A stretch of 63,035 nt of DNA, the filler included, from Octopus bimaculoides (Eukaryota), in NCBI RefSeq assembly GCF_001194135.2. It is 3 parts of 3 records of this genome, joined end to end, with 100 filler letters (N's around TTAATTAATTAA, not from the genome) between each part and the next. Parts side by side here need not be neighbours in the genome. Positions count along the whole stretch, not along the records: positions 1 to 14,192 come from NC_068984.1; 2 more parts are not named here. One strand, written 5' to 3'. Position 1 is the first letter of the stretch. Each line of letters starts with the position of its first letter. The position numbers and the translations under genes were made by a program. Positions 1-14,292 of the stretch are shown piece by piece. A model generated the notes under the pieces. It was not told the DNA's origin and searched no databases. It worked only from the letters and a program-made list of their open reading frames with translations.

Positions 1-64
1 TATATATATATGCGTGTATGCGTGTATGCGTGTATTCGTGCGTATGTGCATGTGTGTGTATACG

Positions 65-850
65 TGTGTATGTGTATAAGTTAGCTTAAAGTATATTTAT
101 AATATCTCTTAGTAATTTATATCTATTAACAAATACTTGATAACTTTTTAAAATATATTATCATAAAATGAAACTCCTCGTATATAATTATATTTGCGTG
201 TATGTATATATATACATTTGTGTGCATATGTGTGTGAGAGGAAAAGTGTGTTTTTATGAAAATGGCGAAGTTTCAATAACTTTTATGTTTTTATCTTTAA
301 TATGACACACACGAAGGGCGGCTTAAAATTTCGTAAGCTGACCAAAATAATTTCAGAGAAACTAACTAAATGAGCTTTACTCTTGAACATAGTCTCCTTC
401 GTGCACACTTTCAAACATAATTGAAACAAATCATCTCATTTTTCGTAAAGTAGTATTTATTAATGTTATTTTTTTTCCACGAGGATAGGGTTGGGTTTTA
501 AGAAGACAGCATTTATGTGGGGGGGGGGTGTATGTCTGTATGTGTATAAGTTAGCTCGAAGTATATTTGTAATCTATATCTATTAACAAATACTTGATAA
601 GTTTTCAAAATATACTATAAAGTGTAACTGCACATATATAATTATATTTGCGTGTGTGTATATATACATTTGTGTGCTTATGTGTGTGAGAGGGATAGTG
701 TTTTTTTATGAAAATGGCAAGTTTAAATAACTTTTATATTTTATTTTCAATGTGACATAAACAAGGGACGGTTGAAAAGTTCATAAGCTGACTAAGATAA
801 TCTCATAGAAAGTAACCAAATGAGTTTTACTCTGAACATAGTCTCCTTCG
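65..850. repeat. Diverged tandem duplication of a ~330 bp unit (65-401 and 537-850)
   Basis: Both units share TGTGTATAAGTTAGCT, TATCTATTAACAAATACTTGATAA, TTTTTATGAAAATGGC and GAACATAGTCTCCTTCG in the same order. Confidence 0.85.
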
Positions 851-1075
851 CGTTCTTCCATCGGTGTTACAGTACTTGATACATAGGAGAAGTTCTCATT
901 GTGATTGTCAAAAAAGCCATCAACAACAGATCCAAAGTCATCCTCACTGCGATACTGGTTCTCAGCTAAAAGCTTTTCGGGTTTCGAGAATAGATGATAA
1001 ACATATGGGGCTAAATCAGGAAACAGGGAGGGTAATCAACTAGTTCAAAGCCACAGTGGCGCATAGCAGCCCCCA
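764..1075 (-). mobile_element. Mariner 3' remnant (transposase C-terminus plus terminal sequence)
   Basis: The minus strand reads like a degraded mariner C-terminus (LLAENQYRSEDDFGSVVDGFF, then a LQHRWK-like segment), followed by a TIR-like segment AGGGACGGTTGAAAAGTTCATAAGCTGAC on plus. Stops and frameshifts present. Confidence 0.55.
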
Positions 1076-1248
1076 GTACTTATCATTATTATCATTCGTA
1101 AAGCCTGGTACTTATTTTATCCTCCTCTTTTTTCCAAACCGCTAATTTACGGGGGCATAAACAAACTAACACGGGTAGGGAGGAAATATGCAGACAAAGA
1201 TACAGACATAGGTATACACACACACACACACACATACACACAAACACA

Positions 1249-1339
<91 letters not shown>

Positions 1340-2889
1340 ACTCATAAGGCTTTGACCTGCTACAGTAGAAGATACTTGCCCAAGGTGCAATGCAGTGGGT
1401 CTAAACTCAGAACCATGTGGTACATTGATAGATATACATTGATAGATATACATACAAGGACAAACATTTTCACTCACAAACGCACACATATGTACACATC
1501 TGTACACATTTGCAATAAATAAACACATATACGCCCACACACGAAGGGTTTAAGACAATAAAACAACAAAATCAAAGAAATATACGTATATGTGTGAGTG
1601 CGTGTGTGTGTAAGTGTGTGTGTGTAAGTGTGTGTGTGTGTATGTGTGTGTGTGTGTGTATGCAAAAATATTTATTGTGTGTGCAAAAATATTCACAGAC
1701 ACATTGTCAGTTATAAGATCTCAAACAACGTATATACATTAGTAAATACACAAGCAAGAACAAACATTATCACTTACACGCACACACATTCATGTCTCAC
1801 TAGCACACACACACATACACATACACAAATACATACACGCACACACATACAACAACACACGAAGAGGTTATTTAAGTGTGTCCAGCCGTATATTGTTACG
1901 TGTCTTGAAACAAATGTCTTTGGCTAGCAACATTGCAAGACTAACCATCTGACTGTGATCGATTGTTAATTCACTTGTCTGAATCTGTAGAAAATAATCC
2001 CTATGAGTTTCGATCGTGGTAATTAATGTCAGATTAAAGTGTATGCGATACGTGATGTGCTTTAAAACATGGGAAGAGGGTGATAGGAATACATTCTGAA
2101 GCAGCTAACAATGTTTAAGCACATACGCATACATACGACATACATACACACATTCACAAACACACACACACACACGCATACATACAAACATTGATGCATA
2201 TATGTGTGTGTGTGTGTGTGTGTGTGTAGGTATGCATGTATGCATGTATGTATGTATGTATGTATTTAATGGTACTGCGTGTGATAAATATTTATATTTC
2301 TTATTTATCGTTGAGAAAAAGCGACAAATTCCTACACTATTAAACTGCTCGTATGTTTCGAGTTCAAACTCAGTGAAGGTATTTAGTTTTTATTTTAACA
2401 AGTCACGAGGTGATGAGACCCGAAATAGGGTCGGAAAAAATGCCTCGTGGTCTTTACCATCTCAGTTCAATTCCCACCGAGGTTAACTTCGCATTTCATC
2501 CCTTTTGGGTCATGACGAAATAAAGTATTAGTTAAGTATTATGGTCGATAATATCGATTAACCCATCCCGTCAAAACCTTTTGCCTTTTGCTTAAATTAG
2601 AGACAACTTTAACAGATCACTATTTATTAGATAAATGCATTATCTCAATTCATTCAGCTATCAGAGATAGGAATCAGATTTCTGGATAAACAATCTGTAA
2701 TATATGACGTGGATACCACCGTAAAAGAGCCAGGCTGTTGACCCAAAAAGAAGTTGACCCAAAGACAGTCAGCATTACGTGGAATATGTGTGCAGCTGAC
2801 CGAACCCAGTAGTGGAAACTTGCTGTCCATGCACTGAACGGTACTAGTGAAGCTAAAGCTAAACTCAGAAGAAATATTTGTCCCTATAT

Positions 2890-3130
2890 CTTACCATTTT
2901 GATCTTTTGGCTGTGCTGATCGTGAGGAACTCCTTGTGGTACTGATTATGTTTCCGCAAGGTACTGCCAATTCATACATCTTGGCACCCATAATGTGTTC
3001 ACCCATCCAGTTTCTTACATGCCACTACATCCAGTCCTTCCTCTCAGAAGATCAACCTGTTGGCATTCCCTTCTCGCACAGGGTTTTCCTACAGCTGTTG
3101 AAGAACATTTGTTGGGTTAATACGACCCAT
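2890..3130 (-). mobile_element. Possible RLE-type LINE endonuclease-region remnant
   Basis: The minus strand loosely resembles the PD..D-x-A-V-P..K..KY motif region of restriction-like-endonuclease LINEs; heavily decayed. Confidence 0.35.
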
Positions 3131-3394
3131 TACTTCTACAACTACTACTAAGGTTTTCTCGCTTTGTTGTCGGTAGTGGAAGTGACGGTGCCGCAGTATG
3201 GTGTAGCTGTGATCGATGGTAGTTGTTATGTTACTGTTTATTGGTAGTTCAGGGTTATCTGTAATCTCAATATTTGAGGGGAAATATAAAATGAGATAAC
3301 AGATAACCCCAAAAATAGAAGTAGAGATATCGGAGGAAGCTCTTCCGGAGACTATAGAGCTGAAACTGTCAGGGGTGATGCAGGGGCAGGCCAT

Positions 3395-4260
3395 TGTCAG
3401 ATGTCATTTCAGTTGAAAATACTTTATCTTGAATTCCAAAATCTTAAATTCCAGAAATTCCGAACCGCAAATTACAGCCTAGAAGACGAGCCTCGTCCTA
3501 GAAGATCTGTAGAGCTCAACGAGGACAACCTGCAACCCTGGCTGAACAAAGTTTCATCGCACCTGTTGAGGAACTAGCAGCGAATCTTAGATTTGGTCAT
3601 TCAGCCATTCATCGACACCTGCGTACCATTGGAAAAGTCATCAAACTGGGTCAATGGGTTTCTCACAAACTTTCCGAGTCTAATCGCGTTCAGAGAGCGA
3701 ATGTGTGCTCTTCTTTGCTGTCACGTCTCACGATTGAACCTTTTTTGGACCGAATAGTGACTGGTGACGAGAAATGGGTTCTCAATAAAAATGTCAAGTG
3801 CCGAAGACAGTGGGTTTGGGAAAGGAAAAACACTGGCACCCAAGGCTAAAAATGGTTTTCACCCACGTAAGGTGTTGTTATTTGTTTGGTGGGATATGAA
3901 AGGTTTAGTCCACTTTGAACTTTCAAATCCAAGTCAAATGATGACGAAGGAGATCTACTGCGAGCAGCTTGAANNNNNNNNNNNNNNNNNNNNNNNNNNN
4001 NNNNNNNNNNNNNNNNGGGTTAAGTCAGTGCTAGAAGAAAAACGACCATCTTTGGTTTCAAGACGAAAAGTGTTCTTCCATCAGAATAATTCTCGGTCAC
4101 ATACAGCGAGGATGACATTCCAAAGGCTGGAGCAGTTTGAATGGGAAACGATGCCCCACCCACCATATTCACAGGACATTGCCCCATCTGATTATCATTT
4201 ATTCCACAGTCTTCAAAATCATTTGGACGGAAAAAATATGAATTCTGTAGACATGGAATG
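3395..4260 (+). mobile_element. Decayed mariner (DD34D) transposase
   Basis: Across frameshifts: SLEDEPRP, WVSHKL (cf. WVPHEL), RIVTGDEKW, LLFVWWDMKGLVHFEL, FFHQNNSRSH (cf. HDNARPH, second D changed to N), PHPPYSQDIAPSDYHLF. Interrupted by a short N gap. Confidence 0.93.
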
Positions 4261-4395
4261 ACCCAATGTATTCAAGTATAAATAAGAAGTAGCCCGAGGG
4301 ATATAAACAATATCGAACTCACATACACAAGGTATCTTCGTTTGATATTGTGTGTGTGTATATGTGTGTGTGTATATCTATGCATACATATATAC

Positions 4396-4465
<70 letters not shown>

Positions 4466-4869
4466 NNNNNNNNNNNNNNNNNNNNNNNNNNNNNNNNNNN
4501 NNNNNNNNNNNNNNNNNNNNNNNNNNNNNNNNNNNNNNNNNNNNNNNNNNNNNNNNNNNNNNNNNNNNNNNNNNNNNNNNNNNNNNNNNNNNNNNNNNNN
4601 NNNNNNNNNNNNNNNNNNNNNNNNNNNNNNNNNNNNNNNNNNNNNNNNNNNNNNNNNNNNNNNNNNNNNNNNNNNNNNNNNNNNNNNNNNNNNNNNNNNN
4701 NNNNNNNNNNNNNNNNNNNNNNNNNNNNNNNNNNNNNNNNNNNNNNNNNNNNNNNNNNNNNNNNNNNNNNNNNNNNNNNNNNNNNNNNNNNNNNNNNNNN
4801 NNNNNNNNNNNNNNNNNNNNNNNNNNNNNNNNNNNNNNNNNNNNNNNNNNNATATATATGATAAATATA

Positions 4870-5760
4870 TAAGGTTGTAGTGTAGCAAGAGTAGTAGCAA
4901 AAATGGCTAGCTACCAGACAGGTAAGCCAATAACGGTCTGACAAATACGTTGACGAAAAAGACAAACAGAAGTCAGTATCAAGAGTTTGAGCCGGGAAAC
5001 GAATCAACAACTGTTCCTGATTGAAAGTGCACTGAGAAGGTGTCAGTAAAACACTATAAAGGAATAGTGTTAGAAAAAAAGTAAGAAATGTTGTAATTTA
5101 AGAAGTAAAGCAATAAATGACAACAGGCAGCTAAGATAAAATGATATGAGAACACTAAAGATCCGTTTCAGTTGAACAAGTTATTTCAAAGTAATCAGAA
5201 GAGATTGTTTGGAAAAATGAAGAGAGTAAAATGTCACAACGATGAAGTACCAGATGGTGAGAGAAACAGAAAAATGTTTGTACTGGTATATGGAATAAGA
5301 AAGGTAACTGCAACTTGGAGGCAGAGTACATAGACGATGTAGAAGACGAATTAAGACAAGTAAAATATGTCGATTTAGTAGTAATTGTTTTTAAGCTCAT
5401 TGCAAATCAAACTTATAAATTACTCAATTGGAAAGTATCCACGCCAGACAGACTTCAGTGGATCTGGTTTAATTACATTTAAATAGTCAGAAAAATACTA
5501 GCAAAGTTTTTTAATGAATGTCTTTGAAGTGGAGGTATTCCAAATGGAATGACAAATGACTAAAGGCAGCCTAATGAAAAATAAACACAAAGTTTACTAA
5601 TGTCCCAACTATATACCTCTAACTTATTTACCACTATATAAATTGTAACAAGAGTACTGGAGAAATTCAATTTATATCCATCTATAAGATAATAAAAAAA
5701 GTTACCATTGAAAATAAATTGCTTTAGCAATGAGAGGGTCGATTACAAGGCAAAGATATG
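4870..5760 (+). mobile_element. R4/Dong-like non-LTR retrotransposon remnant (pre-RT and RT N-terminus)
   Basis: Across stops and frameshifts: QLNKLFQSNQKRLFGK, GIW, NWKVSTPDRLQWIW (cf. NWK.PGPD.LQG.W), LAKFFNECL..GGIPN, NYIPLTYLP.LYKL (cf. NYRPITCLP..YKL). Confidence 0.7.
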
Positions 5761-8616
5761 CTCCTTCTCTGTAGGATTTTGACGATATTTAAAATGTTTG
5801 GGGTTTTCTGCTTTTGTTCCTACTCCTCTATTCCTACTTCTCCACTCTCTACCACCCATACTTTCCTTTCGTTCGTTTTCTACACATTTCAGTCAAAGAT
5901 TCGCCATTCTCCAAACTTATAACCTTCACCTTCAATCAATCAATCAAAGTATATACATTTAAAACTCATTTTAGCGACAAATTTACATATGTAATTCATT
6001 AGAGATATCATTCCTTTAAACAGATTAAAGATATTATTGCCTTAAGACAAATTGCTAATACGGATAGCGAGAAAAATTGTTCACAAGTAATTACGAAGCA
6101 AAATATAATTTAAATTTGTCTTATAATCATCTCGTGTTAAAATCTTCATTTTCATAATGAACTGTTTGTAATGGGAAAGTTATCACAAGACTTAACAGCC
6201 AATCTGGTAGTTGAAAACAATATTAATTTCTCACTGTAATACGAGGCCACTGATTGGTTAGATTTGTAATTTAGAACGTAGAACATAACGGTACTTAGTT
6301 TCACACTCGAATGTTTCTACCACTCCACTTTTAATCAATGTTTTTTTCTTATGTTGATGAAATATAATTATCGACATCGTGTTCTAACCATACCTCTGGC
6401 CACTCAGTATTTGACACTCACGCTTCTTTGCTAAGTAGCAGCTAAATTTTACCTTGGCAAAATTCAAAGACAGAAATGTTAGCGAGGGGAGATAAATACC
6501 AGATTTTCTACATTTAAATCATACTGGTCTCTGTTTCGCCAGTCATATTTTCGTAATCGTTAAAATAGGTACAGAGTAATTACTGGTCCGTTCAATTGCC
6601 TACATATCTGCTTAGTATTACTGAAAACTTGAGCCGAAATGAGAAATCATCTTTGACACTAGTATTATTGTGACAAAAATGGAATTGTGTACGGAAATCT
6701 TTAAGGAATCATGCTTTGCAACATTAAATTCTCTTCGAATTCAAATTCCATTGAATTCAATTCAGTATTTCATACCAACATCCGTTAAAATAAGTCATTG
6801 ATTTAATATGGATTTAATGAATATCCTTCTTACCAATAAAAAAAAACTGCTTTAAAAAGCAAAATATTGAGATAATATATTAATTCCTTATATTACGATA
6901 AGTTCACATCTGTATAATGATTGGGTGAAGCAATGAAATTGTCGATAAAGAAGGTACGTATTCCACAGTATACCTTCATTATGTTTGCTTTGTTTTTTGT
7001 CTTTCACTGGAGATGTAAAAACAGTCAATACAATTACTCATGAATTTTGACAAAATGAAATACGTTATTGTATTCAGTCAAATACTCCTCCTGTGTTTGT
7101 CATGTTCCCACACTTAAAGTCACACTTAAAGATATTTCAAGTGAACGAGCATTCTACTCTCTAGATAGCACAGATGACAAATTTGATGATAGCTCCACCG
7201 TTTTAAATAATAAAAGGACATATTAAACAATGTACTCGTGCGTGTCTCTAAAAGGACAAGATGGTCATGGATGGATTATCATGGATCATATATCTTCTGG
7301 ATCTCAGTTGATATCTACCTAAACAATAACAACAACGAAAATATTTTAGTAGTATATTCTACAATTAGACATTTGATATTTTTAGAACTGTACTTTTTAC
7401 GTAGAGAAAGAATGTTTCTGTTTCCTAGGTAGCTACAGAAGTAATAATTTTATCAATGACTTCCATTAAAATGAATCATCAGAATTACATATACTAACAC
7501 TGATTAAATCATCATAGCATAATTTTTATTTTATTTTACTTTATTTTCATCTTTTTTTATTTATTTGTTTTGTTTCGAAATTTTTATGGGGTGGGTATTA
7601 GTAAAGGAACGAGAAAGGGAATATTCCGTTAAATGTCAAATTTACAATCACTGCTTTCTGCTGTGTTAATTGGCTCAGAAGATTACAGTTAATACCACGT
7701 GAATTTACTTAATTAAGTGTTAATATCGAAAATTGCTTCTAGCACAAAATTACTTTTCTCTCATTTCAAGAAAAAAAAAGACGGTAATGTTTTCATTTTG
7801 TTAAACTTTTAGAATACACAAGAGATTTATTATTGAAAGAAGAAAAATTTTTTTTTAATTGAAATGAACGCGGAGTCTTGATTTCTGTTACAAAGTCATT
7901 AGGGATACAATAAAATTAGTAGTTTCTGTCGTGATGGATTGCTTCAACAATTTCCATTTACGCTTTAAAAAATTTTCCTCCTCTTAAACTGGAAATATTA
8001 ATGGAAGTATTCATGTAATACTATTTACATTATGTTCTAATTAAGCCGCATACAATACAACAGACTCGTGCTCTATAAATATTTATAAGAACTATAGAAT
8101 ATGAAAAAGTAAATTTAAGTTTAAGATATTACTATAGAATAAATCAAGTTTCAAATAGTTAATGAAATCACATTCTTTAAACTTCTAAAATTCACTATGA
8201 TAATATTTGTTTCTGATCTGATCGTTATAGTGAGGAATTTTCAAGTTTCCAATCAAAGGAGGTACTGTTCAAATATTGTCTCCAGTGCTTGCTTCTCCGA
8301 AAGAAAATAAAGCACACATAATTCACTGTATCTCAGTTCAACTAATTAAATAGGTATCCCAGACATGGCAAGGAACGTTCGTTTCTATCGATGAATTCTT
8401 TAGCGCACAATAATGATAGTTTATCAACTAAGCGTTACTTACGACATTTATTTTCCAAAGTTATTCGGTAAAAACGAAAAATTATTTACCGCTACACCAA
8501 AGAGATTTTCGGTTCTTCTATTGTTTAAAATAAGTCTATAGGGACAAGAAAATTATTTCAATAAAAAGTTAATCTTGGTTTCCTTTTGATTCGGTATAAA
8601 GATTCTGCTTTTTCAG

Positions 8617-8663
8617 AGAAAGTGGGAAAGGGATATCACGACGTCCGTGAATTTCCTAAATAG
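8617..8663 (+). CDS. Candidate terminal coding exon, unknown gene (xKVGKGYHDVREFPK*)
   Basis: Pyrimidine tract plus TTTCAG acceptor, 14 open codons then TAG; a near-identical copy starts at 9089. No family recognised. Confidence 0.25.
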
Positions 8664-9894
8664 CTGCATTATGGTATCAGTTGTTCAGTAGTTTATATCT
8701 AGAGAAACTGTCCATGTCCCACTCACTTCCCTGGATTTCACATACACACAGACACGCATACACGCGCACGTGCAGACAGGTGCCTATATATATATATGTA
8801 TATCTAACATTTAAACATAGACAAAGATGAAAAAAAAGCAATTTTAATTCCGTAGACTTGTATCTATGAATTTACACTTAATGTTTGTTACTATTATATC
8901 TTTCCTACCAACAGAGTAAATGAAGCAAAATGTCTTTACTTAAGAATCGAACTCGGAAATTTGGCTTATCGTCGCCAGAAGATCAACAGTTTCCGTTGAC
9001 TAAAAAAGTTATTATTGCTTTCTTTTTGATTCGGCAAAAAGATACCGTATTTTGTTTTGTTTTTTGTTTTTGTTTTTTGTTTTTTCAGAGAAAGTGGAAA
9101 AGGGATATCGCGACGTCCATGCATTTTCCCAAATAGCTATTTTGTGTCTTGCTCACAAACATTGGTGTTTATTTTAGCAATCAGCAATGCCGAGATGAAT
9201 CGCATGAACTATTTGCAATGGCAAAACATTAAATTTATTACTGAAATGCTTCTAAGGACTCACTATTTTTAACTGTATAAAGTTTAATCCCTACGAGGCA
9301 TATTTACTATTATTTAGCGTCAGCTCAATCCCTGTCAAAGATATTCCAGCAGTCTATTTTTTTCTTCAGACACAGTAAATCTTGTACCAGATTATCCAAA
9401 GCGTACCTTGTGCGGTGGGGCTTAAAATGGTGGAATATGAAATGACGGAAATTTTGCAATTATTTCTATCAGTTCAGCAGCCATTTACAGGCTTCTTCCT
9501 ATTTATCAAAAGGACTGTAGAAAATCTAAACTCAATTAAACAGTGTTAGTCTTTTGCTACTAATGAAAATTATTCACTGTTATATTTGCATTTTGATTGT
9601 TTTCTATGTTTATTATTCTACACGCAACAGTGACTTTATTTGTCGTATATAGTTTAATCACATACACATACAAATACATAAATGTCTTCCTGCAATGTAA
9701 AAATATAACGTTGGTAGGTCAAACTATCATAAATTTATTCATTCTTTCCTGTGTAAAGTCGGAAAGAAAATATTTTTTTTATTTTTTATATTTTATTTTA
9801 TTTTGAAGCAATATATTAGATCATTCATAAAACACATATACATACTAACGCCCACGCACACACTCAGAGACACTCTTGTTTATATACATATATG

Positions 9895-9935
<41 letters not shown>

Positions 9936-11569
9936 CCCTAACGTAAAAAAAGGTCAATTGGCTGGAAATTATGCGTAGTAAATCCAATACATGTTCGCTG
10001 TCGCTTACTTTTGACTTAAATTATATTATTAAATGGCGTAACTCAAACAATAGAAAATTATTTTTCAGCATATTATAAATGGATAACCCACTCATAAAAG
10101 TTTTCCAAATATATAGACATTCCGGGCTGCAGTGACAATAACTGTTAGTGTCTACTCATCTCTCTTCCCCCACATATTTTCTTTTTTTTATATCTCAACT
10201 TGTGAACAATAGCAGTAACGTTGGTTATAGATTTCTCTTTAATGCATTTAGTAATTGTTAGCAGGAAAATAATTGCTGTTTTGTATGATTATCATTTAGG
10301 TCCAGCTCAAACCCTGAATGAGACGTATGAACAACAACTCTTCATTCGTGAACATCTCTATCTGTTTTAAAGGCAGCCCTTAAGCTTTTCTTTTATTTTA
10401 AGATGGTAGAATGTGATTTCAAATAGAAACTTCTGTCGTTTCTTGCAGACTGAGCGACCACACAAGATGCTCTCATGTTGACCCAGACAGTAACACTTTT
10501 ATTTATGTTGCAGAAATCCGATGCATTTGCACCGAATACCAAGTAATACAGCATTAAAGTAAATTAAATTAAATTAATATGTAAGCGATACATATACAAT
10601 ACACGTTATGTCCATTAAAAAAAAAAGCTGAATAACAATTTCAACAAATATAAGCGAATATTTTCAAAGCTAAATTTTATCTCTGAACAACGGTAACTAG
10701 CAGAATTATTGCATTTGATCTTCATATAAATACTGTCTTTCAATATTGCACAGTCAAAATGTTTGTCCATTATTTTCAGTAAAATGTACTCTACAATATA
10801 AATGTGTGTGTAGGTACTTAAATTGAGACACCAAGCCAGCTCTAAGTTAGGTGAAAAGAATGTAAATAAGTAACAAAGATGTCCAGGTATCAATACATTA
10901 CGACCGTTTCGAGTGGCTCCATTTAATCGATCAATGAAAACATTACAACAATTTGAAAGAAACCGCTCTCCTCAGAAGTAGATGACCACATAGATTTCCG
11001 TCATAGAGGATAAACCATTTTAAACAAAATTATATCAATACCAGAAACCAAAATAATTACATTGTTTCTTTATGTTATATTTATGGCAGAATGAGTTTAG
11101 TAGGAAATGCATATCTTATTAAGCCTACTATAATTTAGAGAGAAGCAGAGGAAAATAGTGGGATTCAAGATATAGGAGTGGTGAGAAAGTTATTTATATT
11201 AAGAAGGTTTTATGCAATATGTAGTCTGCACCTATTTAGAATTAAATCCATTTGGGAGTTGTCAACTGTGTTTCCAGTCGATGGTGATAAATCAATTAAT
11301 GTCAGACAATCTCCCAGACCCTTATTATACTGGAACCACACATATATCTAGCTTTATCTACATAAAAGGATATGTCTCAGAGCTGCTGGTAAGAGAATTA
11401 TTGATGGGGAAGAGGTAATAACTAGAAGAAGGAAGGATAGAGATGGCCAATACTCATTTAGATTATTAAATAAAAGGGAAATATAATGAAAAAAACAAAA
11501 GAGATAAGTAATATAAGCTCTAAGAGTGGGAATTACAATTGATGGATCTCTATTTTTCAAATTTAAGGT

Positions 11570-11660
11570 AGCTCCTACAGTGGAGTTTGGTAAAATTGAA
11601 GCACAAGCGGTCATGCAGTTCCTCTTTCTGAATGTGAGAAATGCACTAGATTCCAGTTGG
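11570..11660 (+). mobile_element. Mariner N-terminal fragment
   Basis: KIEAQAVMQFLFLNVRNA resembles the mariner HTH start (E.RAVIKFLFL.G.NA). Confidence 0.45.
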
Positions 11661-12235
11661 CTAAAAATAGATTAACATTATTTCTATACCATGTTCATGT
11701 GCACAAAAAAAATCTACAGTAGCAATAATGTTTGTGACTGAAACACAGTTGCAGCATCTTGGCCAAGTGTCTTCCATAACGTCTCTTGCCGACCGATGTA
11801 TGCGTGAATTTCGTAGACGAAAATCGTGTGGAAACCTCTTGTATACACACGCGCGCACACATAATTTAATAGACACAGTATAAAGATAAGAGCTACTAGT
11901 TTCTTGCTGTGAAGACACGTGGATAGGCAGGTTTTTACAACGTGCTTTGTGTCTCCAAACAACCTTCGTAGTCTGAGTACACCTGTTCTATTTGAGAATC
12001 AGGACATTGATACATGATATTTTGATTTTCAAACAGAACAGACCATGCGCTCAGAGTCTCGAGATTGCTTGGCGATACAAAGCAGGTTATAAAAGCTACC
12101 CATCCACGTGTCTTAACAGCAAGAAACTATTAGCTGCTCTTATCATTTAATGTACTGTGTACATTAAATGATATTTATCTCTCACTGGGTAGAGTACTCC
12201 TTTTGTTTATCTTGCCTTAATAGCAAAATAAACTC

Positions 12236-12323
<88 letters not shown>

Positions 12324-12694
12324 TGTGTCTGTGTGTGCATGTGTGTGTGTATTTGTCTCTCACCGCTTGACAACCAGTGGCGGATTCTTTATTTTTCCTG
12401 TAACTTAAAAGTTTCACAAAAGTACCAGACGTAAAACAGACACTAATGTCAATTTGATTAACAAAAGACAAAAGTGTGTTGGTGATGGATTCCTAATCTC
12501 TATTATTTAATATATCAATTGAGATTAGGATTCCATCACCTACACAAAATCATTTAGAGATATTATTATTAAATACCGTTACACTTGAAACAATTAGCAA
12601 AACTGCTATTACATATATATTACGAGTATTCACCGTCTCCCACTGCTCTTATAGATGATGGGATAATAACTAACATTTGAGAAATATTGGAACT

Positions 12695-12728
<34 letters not shown>

Positions 12729-13034
12729 NNNNNNNNNNNNNNNNNNNNNNNNNNNNNNNNNNNNNNNNNNNNNNNNNNNNNNNNNNNNNNNNNNNNNNNN
12801 NNNNNNNNNNNNNNNNNNNNNNNNNNNNNNNNNNNNNNNNNNNNNNNNNNNNNNNNNNNNNNNNNNNNNNNNNNNNNNNNNNNNNNNNNNNNNNNNNNNN
12901 NGTGAAATCGTGTGTTGAAAAAGATGTTGTTGTACTTGGGGATGGTCATATTGCCAGTTTAGCCAATAAAAACACACGCACTGTATATTTGGTGTTAATT
13001 TGCTTCAGCTTTATATTACATCCCCAAGTACAAT

Positions 13035-13076
<42 letters not shown>

Positions 13077-14160
13077 ATAGTATATATGTGTGTGTGTATA
13101 CATACATACATACATACATACATCGTAGTTGTATCAAGTGATGCTCGTTGAATACTTATGATATTGGAGTATCTTACTGGATGCACATGAAATCGCACTT
13201 CAATTTCTTATGAAGTCTCATCGTTATTATATCACCGCCAGCTTCATAGTAAATGCATGTATATATACAAGCTGTTACGTCCTACTCATTGGAATTCCAG
13301 TCTGGATTTCTCTCTTTCTCGCTCTCTCTGTTCATCTGTCTCTCTCTCTCTATCTTTCTTTCTTTCTTTCTTTCTCTCTCTCTCTCTCTCTGTAACTCAG
13401 GAGAAAATAATATGATGTTGCACCATTTTTTTTATTGTAGGGCTTTTATAAAATTTTCAGTACGAGATGTGTTGGTTCTCCTACTTCCGAATTGAGGAAG
13501 AGATAGATACAATTTTCTTTTATTGATATCAGAATCAGTTGTCAATTAACTAAAGAATTGCTCAGATGGGCTCAAAAGCCCTCGCGTTATCGTCGTGTTT
13601 CTTACACTTCCTTTAATGACATTTATATGGGTTCCTTTCGTTTGGATCCCTACACATAAAAATACACTGTGTGTTAAAATCATACTAGTGACCTGGCGTT
13701 ATATGTTAAATGTCTATGCATTGTAACACTCAATGTTATCAAGGTGTTTGTTGTGTGACTAGCACGAGAGTAGAAGACTGCTACACTGGTTTTATCCGTT
13801 TGGTTTCCTTCAAGCTAAGTACCTTCATTTCAAATTATGCTTATATTCCTCAAAATATTCTTTATAACTTTTCCATAACTTTTGTCTAATTTCTAGACAT
13901 TATACAACCATGTATATATATATCTACCAGAATATTTCTCTGTCTACGTAATGGCAAATTCATTGAACAAAAATATACAACAGTTAACCTACTGACAAAC
14001 TATTAACGCAATCTATTATCGATTGTGGGTCAGACAGGAGTTAACTTCAGCTACATTACCCATATTTTTGAGAAATGTATGAAGATAACAGACTCATTTT
14101 ATATTAATTTCGATTTGTACTTCCTAACTAAAATACGAATTCATGTATGTATGTCTATGC

Positions 14161-14192
<32 letters not shown>

Positions 14193-14292
14193 NNNNNNNN
14201 NNNNNNNNNNNNNNNNNNNNNNNNNNNNNNNNNNNNTTAATTAATTAANNNNNNNNNNNNNNNNNNNNNNNNNNNNNNNNNNNNNNNNNNNN

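Noticed and set aside
14237-14248. TTAATTAATTAA island inside an N gap (again at 39289-39300)
   Set aside because: An identical 12-mer isolated between Ns at two loci is most simply a gap-handling or linker artefact.
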